From an uncultured Peptostreptococcaceae bacterium (lineage in GTDB: Bacteria > Bacillota > Clostridia > Peptostreptococcales > BM714): 64,000 nucleotides of DNA. Below the pieces are notes generated by a model that was not told the origin of the DNA, did no database searches, and saw only the letters and a program-made list of their open reading frames with translations. Position 1 is the stretch's first letter. Each line of letters opens with the position of its first letter. The stretch spans positions 291 to 64,290 of the forward strand of contig CAZAFW010000005.1 in NCBI GenBank assembly GCA_964484935.1. Reading direction: 5' to 3'. Positions 63,851-64,000 of the stretch are shown one piece after another. Both the position numbers and the translations under genes were made by a program.

Positions 63851-64000
63851 TTATCTTCTATGATTTTTCCATTCTCTCAGCAATTCCTCTTCCTTTTCAC
63901 TCAAGACATCCGGAAGCCCTATCTTTATAGTCACATATAGATCGCCCCTGTCTGAACCACTGCCCAGCCCCTTGCCCCTGAGGCGGATTTTCGTTTCCCC
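63851..64000 (-). CDS. DnaJ/CbpA-family co-chaperone, C-terminal 49 aa (gene starts beyond window end)
   Basis: My translation of the minus strand is GETKIRLRGKGLGSGSDRGDLYVTIKIGLPDVLSEKEEELLREWKNHRR*. The G(K/R)G...GDLYV..I..P pattern is the DnaJ C-terminal domain signature. Confidence 0.6.
   Translation of the reverse strand, partial: GETKIRLRGKGLGSGSDRGDLYVTIKIGLPDVLSEKEEELLREWKNHRR

Overview
This is a low-GC, Firmicutes/Clostridia-like chromosomal segment; that taxonomic call is inferred from gene content, SD sequences and terminator style. I could not run any database search. All calls rest on reading the ORF translations, motifs I recognise, and the DNA itself.

There are about 64 protein-coding genes, and all but four lie on the minus strand.

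Main modules, left to right:
1. Two paralogous secreted or LPXTG surface proteins, each preceded on the minus strand by c-di-GMP-I (GEMM-I) riboswitch aptamers. Three clear aptamers lie at about 414-556, 660-795 and 4132-4275.
2. Housekeeping genes: glpK, a lipase-like hydrolase, a P-type ATPase, DegV, kynureninase and a MarR regulator.
3. A complete Gram-positive-type Tad/Flp pilus operon (17954-25293) headed by a fourth GEMM-I aptamer.
4. A copper-amine-oxidase-N-domain protein with a fifth GEMM-I aptamer plus terminator.
5. A sigI-rsgI pair.
6. c-di-GMP turnover enzymes: an HD-GYP protein at 30662-31783 and an EAL-CBS-GGDEF-like protein at 56037-57785.
7. A Mg/phosphate transport cluster (CNNM, corA, pit, DUF47).
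8. A RAYT-type Y1 transposase unit flanked by 15-bp inverted repeats.
9. The pyrBICFKDE operon with a PyrR-type attenuator.
10. An Opp-like four-gene ABC cluster (48167-54378). Both permeases carry large M28/PA peptidase-like extracytoplasmic domains that have lost their metal ligands. Both ATPases have degenerate signature and H-loop motifs. No solute-binding protein is encoded. I consider this the best candidate for an undescribed system.
11. A hidden UGA-recoded HesB/IscA-like selenoprotein gene (59926-60240) that the ORF track splits.
12. pgeF, clpB and the 3' end of a DnaJ/CbpA-like gene.

No rRNA, tRNA or CRISPR array was seen.
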